Of a stretch of DNA of 64,000 nt, positions 11,658 to 25,303 are shown one piece after another (positions within the stretch are counted from its first letter, which is position 1; each line of letters starts with the position of its first letter). The translations under genes and the position numbers were made by a program. The notes beneath the pieces were generated by a model. It saw only the letters and a list, made by a program, of their open reading frames with translations, was not told the origin of the DNA and did no database searches. Source of the DNA: Lobosporangium transversale (Eukaryota); NCBI RefSeq assembly GCF_002105155.1, contig NW_019028988.1:186001-250000 (forward strand), in the 5' to 3' direction.

Positions 11658-13920
11658 ATTGTGATTTTACTTGATATGAAGAAGTAGGGTAAAAGAAAAG
11701 TTGCAAAAACTGAGTGGAGAGTGGAGAGTGATGAGTGAAAAAGGAAAGCTGAGTGTATATATTAAAAGAAAGAAGAGAAAGAAAAAAGAAAAAGGTCCCT
11801 TTTTATACACGAACAAGGAGGGTGGACAAGGGAAATGAGAATACAATGAAGAGACCAAAGCGCATACTTTGAAGGATGTCTTTTCTCCAAATGAACTGAA
11901 TCGCATATCAATATGCAATCTGCATCTATCCCTTATCAATGAGCTCTCGCTACGCCACCAAACGATGGTGTATATAAAGGGAAAAAAAAAAAAAAAAAAA
12001 AAAAATCAAAATGGTCAGGCACGCTGTGCGACTAATAAAAATAACAAGGTATAGAGTATTATTTACCTGAATCTATTCAGGCTGATAGAAGAGAAGCTTA
12101 CAACTCTGAAAATTTTGGCTGTAGTGATTTGCCAATTATGAATGTAAGCTATTTGAAAGATGTAGGTACAAGCTTCCAAAATTGACTAATGTGAAGAGAA
12201 AAAGCATATTATCACAACGGAGGCGACTTTTAATGTAAGATGCGACCCCATTTTAGACCGGCTTCTGATGTAATATACACTTTTCTCGATACTTGCTTAT
12301 CCAACCTTACATTAAACAGTATTTCAACGAGGACTTTTAGAATATGTAGGTCTGCAATGCTAAAACAATCAGGACCTATTACAGCCTATGCAGTCTGCTG
12401 TGCCTTAGCAGGAGGGGTACATATTCGATTGTATTTAAGGATGAAAGTAGGCGCTTTAGTGAGTTGTGGAGTATTTTCCTTGGCGACAATGAGCCAACTT
12501 GCGTCTTTTAGTGCACCGCCTTGATAGTAAAATGCTATCTCATTAAGGAGGTGAAGAAGTCTGAATACAAAGTCGAGTAAATGAGTAAGGACGGCGTCCT
12601 TTCGCTTTCAACAATGCTACTTAGGTTTAGAGCCAGCCTTGTGGGCAAACCAGGGCCCGATCCAAGAGTCACACTACATAAACTGTTAAAATCTATGGCC
12701 GGCATCCGGCCCTAGAATGATATTCTCTTCATGGTTGGACTAGGCTGTAGCATTTGGGATCTATGTCACGGGACCAAAGGTGACACGTGTAAGAACGCTT
12801 CGAAGAAAGCCATGGCAAAAGCTGAACGCCGCGCTTAGGCCTTTGCTACCAATCCGTATACTGTGACGATGGGATGCTTTGATGTCAAACCGCCTTAATA
12901 TGGTTTACAATAAAACGCTGTGTACAAGAGTATGGACAATTCTTGATAAAGCGATGAATGTCTGCACGATGTCTCCTAATATCAACTTTAAGGATGTGCC
13001 AACTGCTTTGTCTGCTGCAAGAGCCTAGCCTGCAAGTGGAATAATAAATGCGAGGTTGTATCGCCAATTTCATTTGGTCATGATACTTTATATTTTTAAT
13101 GTAAAAACGATGATTGAATTGTTCTGGTGGCATTTCACTACGTGACGGACTTGCAACAATACTCGCAACAAGCGAGCCAATTGGCTGCCAATACACTCGA
13201 AAGTATTCAAAAAATATAAGGTATCATGACCAAATGAAACGGGCTATACCAATGGCTTACTTGACGATCTTCCGCTCAAGGATATGAAAAGACGCGTTAA
13301 CGGTAAGCATTGATATGGCTTATTTTTCGTAACTGACAAATGGTGAGATAAAAAAGAAAAAAAAAAAAAAAAAAGTTTTGGTGAAATGGAAAAGGCTCAC
13401 AGAAATCTCTAGCGAAGGATAATAATGATGATGATAATGATAGTGATAATAATAATAATGATGGTGATAATGATGTATAGAAAGAGATATAGACATGAAT
13501 GTTATTGCAATTTATGAGCGAAAAGCAAAAAGGGCACAGACAGAGCATGGTCAGGGGTTTCTTTGTTGCATTCAAAAAGTCCGAAGCAACAATGTAAATT
13601 GTATGCCTCAGGTGAATGGCTGATTGAATGAGCAGAAGGTCCCTCCTATCATTTGTGTGAACAGAGAAAGATGGGATCCCTGCACTTGTTGTTGGCATCG
13701 GAGCTGCGAAAATTATGTCTGGGTGAATGAGAGTTTGAATGTAATGCTATCCTGGTAAAGCTGATCGAAGCGATGCAAAGAATGGAGGGAAGTATTGTGA
13801 GAATAGATGAGATGTTGGGCTTGCAGGGAAGCTTTAATTGAATAAAAGTGTCCTGCATGTCTGTGTGTGTATTTGGTTCTCCCCCCTTCTAAACTCTTTT
13901 AAGCTCAAGCCCAGGCACAC

Positions 13921-13987
13921 CAAGTCAGCAAATCAGACAAGTCAAGGCAGGCAAGTCAGACAAGTCAGGCAAGTCAGGCAAGTCAGG
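13921..13987 (+). repeat. Imperfect 9-bp tandem repeat CAAGTCAG(G/A), about 7 copies
   Basis: caagtcag caaatcaga caagtcaag gcagg caagtcaga caagtcagg caagtcagg caagtcagg, read directly. Confidence 0.85.
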
Positions 13988-14195
13988 GGAAAATAAAAAA
14001 ATTCTCAAAACCCGACATTAAACTTATTTTTCATGCTCATGCTTTGTCTTGCCTCATCGCCATTTGTTTCTTCATTCCGCCTCTTTTCTGTCTTTTGTCT
14101 CTTTAGTTTGGGCATCCCTTCTCAACTCCACTCCAACTCTCATTCATTCACACCCTCGCTCATTCCCACTCATCCTCATCCTCATCCCCACTCCT

Positions 14196-14257
14196 CTCAT
14201 TCACACTCATTCACACTCATTCACACTCATTCACACTCATTCACACTCATTCACACT
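14196..14257 (+). repeat. 10-bp tandem repeat (TCACACTCAT)x5 plus partial copies, upstream of the MARVEL-like gene
   Basis: Five perfect copies at 14201-14250; degenerate copies upstream (14141-14200). Confidence 0.95.
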
Positions 14258-14415
14258 TTTGATCACTGGATATTTGACACAGTTATTTTCCCTTAATTTT
14301 TTCTTTTTCTTTTTCTTTTTCTTTTTTACATAATACCCGTACTTTACACAAATACATTTAATTCTACCCGCCACTGCGAAAGGACGTTTTTCAGCTGTCC
14401 ACGTCCGTTTTCACA

Positions 14416-17400
14416 ATGTTCAGCAGAATTACAGCCAGATTGATCCATTTGATCCTGTTCATCTTTGCAGCTGGGGTACTTTATTTCATTCATTCTCATG
14501 GCACTTGGAAAATAGAATGACCTAGGCTATTCAATTCACACCTAACCACCTCAACGTCTTTTTTTATTTTTTTATTTTTTTTTATTTTTTACCACTTGTT
14601 GATACTTGTCGTGTCTTGCCCCCTTTTTATTCATGCTACTCTTTTCCAACTTCATGTTCCCCCCTAACAAAAGACTTGTGCTTGTCTAGTTGCTGAACTG
14701 AGTAAGACTTTTGTTTGTTTGTTTTTGTGTTAATACAATATGGGAAGTCCTTTTTTTTTTTTTTTTTTTTTAAATCTAACTTTTATTTTCCTTGACTCGA
14801 TCTATTCCTGGGCACGAACAGTCATTACTACCAGGGTCAGAAAGGACGAAGGCAGTAACTATGATTATAGTTGGCTAACGTATTATCTCTTAAGCGTCAG
14901 TAAGTCAACAATTGTTTATTAATATTTTGCCTCCAAATGTTTAAAACTACAAAACAACCCCTGGATAGACCAGATTAAGGAATGATGATTTCCTCGCCAC
15001 TTCATACTCCAAAAAGTATTTTTCCTTGTTTCGGGCAAAGACATGATACACATGGACACATTTATAAAAAGGGTTGAAACTGTATCCAAAACGGTTACAG
15101 TGTTTATTTGTTTGTTATTTTTGAGCATGATTGGAATGGAACACAATCCGTTCTTGACATCAAATATTCCAAAAGGCCAGAGAAAGTAACGGACACAAAA
15201 TCAGCCTTCCTGCTCTGTCACACCTTGCTACAGAGTGAATGCCTCACTTTCTCTTTTGCCCTTCCTTTTTCTCTTTCCTTCTTTTGGAGTGTATAAGACA
15301 AAGCTGATTAATATAAAAAAGCAAAAAAAATTCATTAAGCACTCCCTCTCCTAAGGAAAAGTAGAAAAAAAAAAACCAACAAAAACAAGGTCTCGACCGC
15401 TTTGGGTCATTCCCCTTACAGGCTCGCGCGTGAATGTAGTAATTATAGATTATCTATCCTTCTGAAACCCGATCTTTCCGTTTTAACGCACGACCTCTTT
15501 TTTTTTTTTTTTTTTTTTTTACGACGCTTTGCATGATTAGGTTGCGCGGGTGCATTGCAATCTCTCCTTTGGATCTCTCAGTCCAGGCTCTACGAAAATG
15601 GAAGGCCAACAGTCCAGGAGTGTGTGCTCACCGGTCTGTTCTCAGGTCTGTATCTCTTTGCTGCAGCCTGGCAGTTCTATCAGACTTTCGCCAATGAAGA
15701 ACCCAATGAGTTTCTTTGTTCAACAAGTTCGTATGACAGCATGATCCACTGTCGTCTATGGCAGAGTCAGTTGCTAGGCTGTGCTGCCTGTGGCGTCTTG
15801 TTCTTTGCAACGACCATCCTTTGGGTCGTGCTCTTCCGTAGTCGACCCTTAGAATTTAAGGATCTGACAGAGGAAATGATCACGAGCTCACCCACGACCA
15901 TGGCCTCAACGTTGGCCAAAGAAGATGCTGCTCAGCGAGAGCGGGAAGAGGCTGCTGCTGTAATTGCAGAGGCTGAAAGAAGGCGTGCTCAGCAGCGTCA
16001 GCAGCAGCAAATGCAACAACAGCAGCAAATACATCGACCTATACAGCCTGTACAGCAACAACCCCAACCAAGGCCCACACATCCTTACCAACCATATCAG
16101 CAACATCACTATCAAACCCCACGCGTTAATCCTGTTAATAACCAACAGCCCTATTACAACCACCAAATGCAACATCAAAACTCGTCAGGTTATTTAAATC
16201 ATCCTTATGTAAGTCGCAAGCTTCACTACATAAACGCTAGATGCGAAGATGCATTTATCACCCGAACCCACTTTCTTTTGCTTCGTTAAGTCTAAAAAGA
16301 GTGCTCTCCCTCTCTTTTTTTTTCTTTCTAACAGCAGCAGATTCAGTCCCAAGCGCAGCAATCACAGGCAGTTATTGATAATGAGGCATATTACAACAGT
16401 AACTACGCATTAGAGAGACAGCACCGGCCATCGTACGAGATGATCCCAACCACAGGCATCAGCTATCAAAACCAAAGTTCCGCGGCGGTGCCCATAACAG
16501 GAGGCGAGTATACTGAAGAGCCCTCTAACTACGTCGAGACACCAGGAGCTAGGGCACCTGGCGCGCAGTATGGGGGAAGCCAGACTCTAATAGACCATGG
16601 GCATAATCAGCCTAACATTAATAACACTAGCAATAACCACGCAGAGCCAACGCATGAGGAGGACTTGGCATCACAGAAGGCTTTGGCACATTTGGAATAT
16701 GCAAAACAACTAAGAGAACAGCAGCTCTACCATCAGAACATGGCTGAGGCTCTTCAGAGACAAAAACATGAAAGGATGCTTAAACAGCAACAACATCATC
16801 CAGAAAATCCTACTTCAGGACCTCCTCCTGTATCGGGATCGACAGTTGATATTTATCCGCCACCGCCTCGTCACAGTGCCACCTATCCTCTACCAGTATC
16901 TCATACTACTATTACCACTACAGCTCCTTCATCTACGACCACTGCGAAAGCCACTTTAGGGAGCACGACCGCGCCCTCATCTTCGGTGCTTGATCAAGTC
17001 CCCTCATCAGGAGCTGGGGGAGGATCTAGCAACCATCATCCTTATTCCATTGGAGCGGCTCAGAACTTTGATACAGGGATGGTGACTCCGGACTCCAACA
17101 ACAGTAGTGCACGTATCAAGGGAAGTCCTCAGCTGTATCAATCTGATAACATCACTGTTGCCGAATCTCATTATTCGGATGATCGGTACAAGGCAGAACT
17201 TTTGGGAGAAATTCGACGGGCCCGTCAAGAAGAAGCTGAAGCTCAAGCGGGCACTGCTCTCGATGGTGCTGATGAAACACAGAGTCATCATGATTATAAG
17301 GTTCAAGTAGGGTCTGATTATGGGGGGCGTCGTTCAAGCAGCAATGATAACAATAGGAGCAGCACCAACGATGGTGGTTATGTACCGCCTCCAAAGTCAA

Positions 17401-17417
17401 GGACCATGTGGTCATAA
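14416..17417 (+). CDS. MARVEL-like four-TM membrane protein with long Q/P/S-rich cytoplasmic tail, 5 exons
   Basis: Spliced MFSRITARLIHLILFIFAAG|TCACLVAEL|IITTRVRKDEGSNYDYSWLTYYLLSV|SCAGALQSLLWISQ..ECVLTGLFSGLYLFAAAW..C..CRLWQSQLLGCAACGVLFF. Four hydrophobic segments with a Cys pair in the second loop. Includes a 28-nt exon at ~14674-14701. The family call is from topology only. Confidence 0.7.
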
Positions 17418-17956
17418 CGAAAACTTGGCTCTCCTTCTCTCCCTCCCTAATAAAGGTTTTTTATTACTGCTGTAGCATTTTTTCATATCCTTTACATCTT
17501 ACACATTTTTATTCTACATAGACTTGACACTTGCAATCTTCCTTTTAGTTTTAAATATATATATACATATTTATGTGTGTCATCATCATTAATGCTGACC
17601 TTTATTTTGCTTCCTCAAGCTTCGCTTAAAAACAATAAAGCAAAAAGCAAAATAAAATAAAATAAAATAAAATAAAATAAAGTAAATAAAAAGAATTGAA
17701 TAGGCATTGCTTCCGATGCTTACATGATTTTTTGTTTTTATTATTACTTTTTTTTTTTTTTTTATTTTTTTTTTTTTACTTTTATTATTATTGCCAAAGG
17801 AGGATCATATGAAAAAACACCTTTTGGCGTATGAGTATGAATAAAAAAAAAAAAAAAAGATAAAGTACAAAGGGATGATTGAAAATGCTAAAAATAAGAA
17901 TGGATAATGATGTTCATCTATGGACAAATAGAGGTAAGAGGTATGCAGGAAGGAGG

Positions 17957-17990
<34 letters not shown>

Positions 17991-18013
17991 AAGCGAGAAG
18001 CAACGATCGATCC

Positions 18014-18042
<29 letters not shown>

Positions 18043-18046
<4 letters not shown>

Positions 18047-19405
18047 CAGACAGGAACACAGACACTGAGTCCTCCTTGAGAGGTTTCCTTGTATTTAGCC
18101 TGCATATCATTTCCAGTCTGACGCATGGTCTCGATGACCTGATCCAAGGTCACACGGTGATGCCCATCTCCGTTCAGAGCCAGTTGAGCAGCCGTGACAG
18201 CCTTGACTGCACCTAGTGCGTTCCGTTCAATGCAAGGGATCTGGACCAGTCCATCGATTGGGTCGCATGTCAGACCCAGGTTATGCTCCATACCAATTTC
18301 GGCAGCATTCTCGACCTGTTGAACTGTACCGCCCATGACGGCTGCGAAGCCTGCAGAAGCCATGGAACAAGCGACACCGACCTCTCCCTGACATCCCATC
18401 TCGGCAGCCGAGATGGATGCACCTCGCTTGTACAACATTCCGATGGCTGCAGTAGTCAGGATAAATTCCATGATGTCCTGTTCAGGATTGTCGGAGATGA
18501 ACTCGAGGTAGTATTTGAGGACTGCAGGGATGACGCCGGCAGCACCGTTAGTGGGTGCAGTGACGACACGTCCACCTGCTGCGTTCTCTTCGTTCACAGC
18601 GATGGCATACACACTGAGATAATCCAATGCAGGGAGCATAAGGCGTTTGACTGCACGTTTAGGCAAGACTCTGTCGATACTACGCTCAGGTGCTTGGTTA
18701 GTCAATCCATGGCCCCCTCCCAATAAAGCATTGGATCCAGATCCTACAGTGGTATCCTTGTAGAGCGGAGTGGTCGTATAGAGTCCCTTCAAGAGCTTTT
18801 TGTATAGGCCAGGGGCACGACGGCGGACACGAAGACGTCCTGGCAACATCTCTTCACTTGAGAGACAACCATTCTTGATTGCATTGTCCATAGTGTTCCA
18901 GATGGCAAAAGTCTTTTCCTTGATATCTTCCATTGATCGCCATCGGAGTTCGTTCTCCAACACAACCTGTGCTATCGTCATATTCTCTCGATGACAGAGT
19001 TCCAACAATTCTTGAGCGTTTGTGAAGGGTAGGGCTGCAGTGGCCAGATCCTGGCTTCGACGGGTTTGTGGGATGACCTTGTTGGCCTTGGTCTCCTTGT
19101 CCTGTTCATTCTTGTAGAAGACGTTCTCACCATGAGCCAACTGAGTTCGTTCGTTGACTACGAATCCACCTCCGATAGAGAAATATTCGTTGGTTGCCAA
19201 GAGATCTCCTTGGTCATCAAACGCACAGAATCGCATGCCGTTTGGATGTTGGGGTAAAGATTCAAAGTAGTGGAAGACTAGGTCCTTGGCTGGATCGAAT
19301 TTGATCCGGTTGGTCGAGTCCAATGTCAGGGCTTTTTGCTCATCAATCGCTTTCAGACGTGCTTGGATCGTTGACGTCTCGACCGACTCGGGAGATTCAC
19401 CCTCC

Positions 19406-19445
<40 letters not shown>

Positions 19446-20791
19446 AATAAAGATTAGATTAAAAGGACAGAACACGTGTTTACAACCATGTATCTTTCAC
19501 AATTGTTGTAATGTTAAAATAAATAAATAAATAAAAACGACTTCTTACCCATGAGAATAGAGTCAGGAGTACCATGACCGATGCCTGTGAGGGCAAGAGA
19601 GCCAAAAAGGTCGATTCGAAGAGTGGCAACCTTTTATGGATAAGATTGGGAGCAGAATAGAATGATAGATAGGTGACAATAAAATATGATTTCAGACCCA
19701 AATATGCAGCCGGTTGAAAGGCAAGTACAGATGGGAAGTGTATGATGATAAAATAGGAAGGAGAAAAAAAATAGATTTATAAACATGTGAGTTGAATCAC
19801 TTCAAGGGTTGTAGTTGCTTAGCAGTTTTTGGTAGGAGGAAGGAGTAAGTATGAGCAAAACGGCCATCATATAAGGTGTATGTATGTGTATGTGTGTGTA
19901 TGTGTAAATGAGGTGTTGTAGGGTGTAGTATGTAGGGTGTTTGCTTCCGTCCATGTCCATACCTTATCAAGTACTTTGTGGTCTTTGAGATCTGTTACAA
20001 AGATCTTTGCAGCACGCATTGGGCCAACGGTGTGACTAAAGAGTGATGGCGAGTTTGGGTAGAGATAGAACATTCATAATAGCTTGAGTGGGTTAGTCCA
20101 GTTTGACGTGTTTTTGCATTGCATGGGTTGAATAGGGCAACTGCACAAGTATTTCTCACGCTTGAAACGAACCAATCATTCTTCATCCTGGCCTTTTACA
20201 GGTTCGCACATCCATCTGTGCTCTTTTTTAATTTTTTTTTTTTTAGCCCCATTTTCTTCCCTCACCCGCTCACCCCACTTTTTGCCCCTGTGTGATGTTA
20301 TGATGTTGCTCTGATATCTCGGTGTTTAATTTATTTAACAAGGTTCCATCTGGGTTTATCGTCACACTGTGGCTCTTGCTCCAAAGTCTTTTTCTTTTGT
20401 ATCTCCTTTACCTTGAACTCGGACCAATGCCAATGGAGAAAAGATCAAAAGTCGAAACTACTGCATGCTTAACCTCTTCTTCTGACTGGTTGTTCTGACA
20501 AGTCTCTTCAGGGGCTACGGGGTTCGGAACTGGTGTTGTCAACGATGGATCAGCACAACAGGCCGAGGTAGAGAAGCCTTTGGTCTGAAGGACCTTTAGG
20601 GAGGCAAAAGACGCAGTCGTCCTATGAGACGAGATGCGACCATGGGAGTTGTACAAGAAAGGGACAGAGAAACGGGGACGTTGCGCTGCTCCTACAGTCG
20701 TCGTTGGAGTAGAATTGAGTGCTCTGTATGTGGTAGAATAGAGTCGAGCTTGGCGTGGAATGACCAAGCTCATTCGAGTGAATGTTGACAT
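18043..20791 (-). CDS. Iron-sulfur-dependent L-serine dehydratase (bacterial SdaA-type, fused beta+alpha), with putative mitochondrial presequence, 4 exons
   Basis: [75 protein letters not shown], three cluster-ligand Cys motifs ([22 protein letters not shown]) and [10 protein letters not shown]. Confidence 0.95.
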
Positions 20792-22096
20792 TGTGAACAA
20801 AAAAAAAAAAAAAAAAAAAAAAAAATGAAAAATGAAAAAGGAGAGGCTAGAAGAGAAAGGTTTGATGTGGAAGTGGCAAAGGGCTGGTTGAAATTGATGG
20901 GTCAGACGTGGTGAACTACCAGCAACTTCAATGAGAAACTAAAGGCTATGGAAAAGAAAGTACAAAGAGTGGAGAGTAGAGTTAAAAAGGGGGGGGGAGA
21001 AAGAAAAAAGAAGAACAAATGGTTTCGGAAAAAAGGCTTTTTAAGAAGACGGGGAGAGAGAAAGAAAAGAGAGAGTGAAGAAGTGAAGGGATAGAAATAC
21101 TAAACAGACCAAGAAGGTAGGAAGAAGGAGGCCCTTCATTCTACTAACAAACCGGAACTTGAATTTACTCCTCTTTTTCCATTGTCCGTGGATGACATTA
21201 TTCTCAGACGGTCGTTTTTGAAATCTGTACACGCTTTTTTTTTTTTTTGTTTGACCGCTCGGGCAAAGCAGAAAGCGAATTGAATATGTTCTTTGACATG
21301 ACATCGAGTTGACATGTACACATGTATTACATACATGAAGAAAAAACTTTGTTTGATTTCAATTGAATATGTGTTTAAATTAAGCATTTTCTATATTTAA
21401 AGTTTTTTTCAACTATATCCTGCTTAACCTGGCACGGTGGAATTAAAAAAAAAAAAAAAAAAAAAAAAAACGGGCACGGTGACAAAAAAAAAACGTTGGG
21501 TGAATTAGCAATTTGTGCGCGTTCCACTCAACTTTACTCCATACTCTATTCTACACTTTCATTCAGGGGCACACTCTATTTTTTTCTTTCTTTCTTTCTT
21601 TCTTCTTATAGAGATCCTGTTACGGCCCAAGCAATATATATACATATTTATACATGATGACCCTTGGGTGCCCAAATTCTTCTCTCTCTCTCAAATTTGA
21701 CGCTAGAGTCTGCACAAACTCATTGCTGTCGCTTATAAGGACCAGTTCAAAACTTTTACAAGTCTTGAATTGACCTGACTGCCCATCTTCATACTTTTCC
21801 TCATTTTAATACGCATGAACCTATCAAAGCCATAAAGACTGTCCTTTCAGAGGATGCAGAGTATGGTGGCAAGCAATAAACTCTTGGTGTGTATCCTGTT
21901 ATCTTCAAGGTTGGTCCGCGTGCCACTTCTTATTTGTTTTACCCCTTAAAAGTCTTAAATCCATCACGACCCTTAAGGACCTTAACTCCTCCTCTTGTTT
22001 TTCGTCCCTTTCTCTATTTTTTCTTTTTTTTTTTTTTTTTTTGAATCATTCATCACATAATCTTCTCCGCTCTTATTCATTCAAAAAGTACACATC

Positions 22097-22953
22097 ATGG
22101 CCGACATCCAAGCAATTAGCAAACAGTTTACTGATTACTACTATGGTACATTCGACAGTAGCCGCGCCGGCCTCGCTCCTCTTTACGTATGCTTTCTCTT
22201 TCTTTCTTTAAAGATTTGACTGAACATGCTTTCATTATTGACGCGTCGTTGTCGAAGCATCAATCACTAATAAAATGGATATCAGGAACCGGAGCAACAG
22301 TTGGATATTAGTATTCATCATACACTAATTGACCTACTCTTTTTTCTTTCTTTCTTTCTTTTTTTTTTTATATAAATATATCTACACAAACCATCGATAG
22401 CGTGACAACTCCATGTTGACTTTCGAGGGTGTTCACACTTTGGGTGCTCAGGCTATTGTCGATAAGTTAATCGTAAGTGTCTTTTTTCTTTTTTTTGTTT
22501 TTTTTTTTTAGCTCTGTCTGAGAAGAAGGTCCCCTCATTGCCTATCTACCCCTCATCTATCCTTGATTATTAACGTTTGTTTTCTTTATGGCATAAACAG
22601 TCTCTTCCTTTCCAATCAGTTGTCCACAAGGTTTCCACCCACGATTCTCAGCCATCTGATAACAACTCTATTGTTATTTCTGTTACTGGACAGTTGTTGG
22701 TAAGTGCTGCGGCTCCACGTCATCAGTTTTTTTTTTTTTTTTCTTTTTTCTTTTTTCCTTCAGGTGATGCATAAAAGGAAACAAAACGTCTTACTAACGC
22801 CTTTGAATTATTATTATTATTATTATTGTTATTATATATATAAAGATTGACAATGAACAGAACCCTCAATTTTTCACGCAGACTTTCTACTTGAAGCACG
22901 ATGGCAGCAACTTCTATGTTGCCAATGACATCTTCCGTCTCGTTTATGCATGA
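22097..22953 (+). CDS. NTF2: Nuclear transport factor 2, 4 exons
   Basis: Spliced MADIQAISKQFTDYYYGTFDSSRAGLAPLY|RDNSMLTFEGVHTLGAQAIVDKLI|SLPFQSVVHKVSTHDSQPS..VTGQLL|IDNEQNPQFFTQTFYL..FYVANDIFRLVYA*. Confidence 0.96.
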
Positions 22954-23465
22954 AGCACACCCACCCTTTTTCGTTGGTTTTTGAAAATCGTCTCAATCAA
23001 GAAGAAAGAGGAATGAAAAAACAAAATAAAGAAGAAATATCAGGATCGATAAGAGATAATAAAATTATAAATACAATAAAGGATAAATAGAAAAAAGAGC
23101 TAGATCAGGAGTAACAAAAACTTTTTTTTTTTTTTTTTTTTTTTTTATAAAGGCGCAGTCGTTTTTTTTTTTTTTTTTTTTGAAATTCAGTAACCCATCA
23201 CCATATGCGCTCCACATGACAGTATCTAATGTAATCAAGAATGGCTAAGGATTTAAAACAACTCTTTACATCACGGAGAGCTATCTTTGACTCATGGATA
23301 AAGGAGGGAAAAAAAAAAAAAAACCTCTCCATTTTGCTTTATATACGGATATACAATCGGAGGCATACTTCGGAAAAGTATTCTGATGACAGAAGGGGGT
23401 ATAAGAAAGCTAGGGAGTGGGGGTATAAGTACAGTGCTGAAAAGATGAGTACAGTTTTCTCTTTT

Positions 23466-25234
23466 TCAAAAAGTCATTTGTGGGGATCGTTGCTTGCCCG
23501 TTGGATATACCACCAGAGCAGAAGCAAATAACCCAACGCTGATCGAGATGGCGGTAGCGACCATCTGGCGTGCAAAAAGAATGCCTCCTGCCATATCATC
23601 CGTAAAGATGGACATTGCTCCCTTTAACCCAATGGAACCAGGAACTAAAAAGAATGATGCACAGCAAACGGCTTGGAATGATAGCTGTCGAGTCAAACGC
23701 TGATAGATGTTGCCCAGCAAACCAATGGAGAAGGCTGCCAAGGCGGACGAAACGTCTGACGTGACTGTTGTATAGGTCGTTGTTATATACCCAACTGTGA
23801 ACCCAACTGTGGACAGAATGATGCCCAGGGGCCATTGTCGAGGATGGGCTTTAAGCCAAATGTTGATTGAAATCGCAAACATCGGTACGAACAAGATACT
23901 CCATTTAGAGTCCAGTGGCTCCAATGGACATTGTGGAGTGTATTTCCCTGCTGCTTCTTCGCTAGGCAAACGACCAAATAGGTCCCAAATCGAGGTACCG
24001 ATCGAAAGACCATAGCCAAGCACCAACGAATAGAGCACGGCATAAAAGAGCCGGACCGAGCCCGAAATAACATGTCGAGCACTGAGCTCCAAGATCGAGC
24101 AGGCGATGGTGAAACCAGGCAAAACGATAATAATGCTTCCCAACTGGACTGCACCCTGACAGACTGGATAGACATGATACCGGCGCAAGCCTTCAGTCAC
24201 GAATGCAACGAGCATCGGCATGGCGACCTCACAGATATGTGTGGAATTAGGTACTATCTCGGACAACCAAGCCAATAAACCCACAGCACCCCCCATCAAG
24301 AACGAAACCCCAGCATCAGCCAAGGATCCCTGGAAGAACATGGGTGTGGTACTAAAGGCTGCGCAGGCATAGGCCAAGAGCGTCAAGAGACGTGAATTAA
24401 TATCCTTCTGTGCATGAATAGCTTCTAATTTCATAATGGCCTCTCCTACTGTGGTGGTATCATGAGTGACCATTTTATGGACTTGATGAACTAATGCACA
24501 CTTGTACATGTCCAGCCCTGCAGAGGCTTTGAGTAAGTGTGTCTCGGATGTGTGGGTTTCATAATCCGTAAAGGCCACGATCATCAAGTTGGGCAAGTAA
24601 ATACATTGGAGATGGAGCTCAAGATGGCGTGCAGCTTGATCGATCGAGTCCTCCAGCCGATGTGGGGGAGCTCCATATTTGATCATGGACTTCGCTAGAC
24701 GGAGAATATAGTCTTGACGCTCTAGAATATCCGCCATAGCAACGGTAATGCATATCTTTTCGTCACCCGATAATGACCGTGAATCAAATATACTACCCCG
24801 CCCACATGCATCACTATTACTACTACTCATATTAAATGGAACGCTGTCTAATCCATGCATGTTTTCGCTGCCTGAAAAAGATCCGCGGGGGGGCATACAG
24901 AGTGTCTGTTTGGATGAATTCATGGCTGAGAATGGCTGTTGGCCTGAGGACGCGTCGGAGTAGGTTGAATGACGGTGGCTATTAAGGGTACCAATGCTTC
25001 TTCTTCTGGCGCTGTTTGGAGTAGGCTGGAAATTGGAGAGGCTATTGATTCGTCCACCATTCTGGATTGGAGGTAGAGGTGGATATGTACCAAAGACAGC
25101 TTCTCGAATTGAGGAAGTCGAATTATTGGCAGAACGATCATAAATGGTCGACAGATCCAGACTCCTCTTTTCTTTGGGCGTCTTGGACTTCGGTAATGAC
25201 AACGATCTATGGTTTGACTACATCGAAGGGGGAA

Positions 25235-25303
<69 letters not shown>

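Noticed and set aside
21700..21950. Codon-like fragments upstream of NTF2 (e.g. HEPIKAIKTVLSEDAEYGGKQ*TLGVYPVIFKVG)
   Set aside because: Short, interrupted by stops and not matched to any family I recognise
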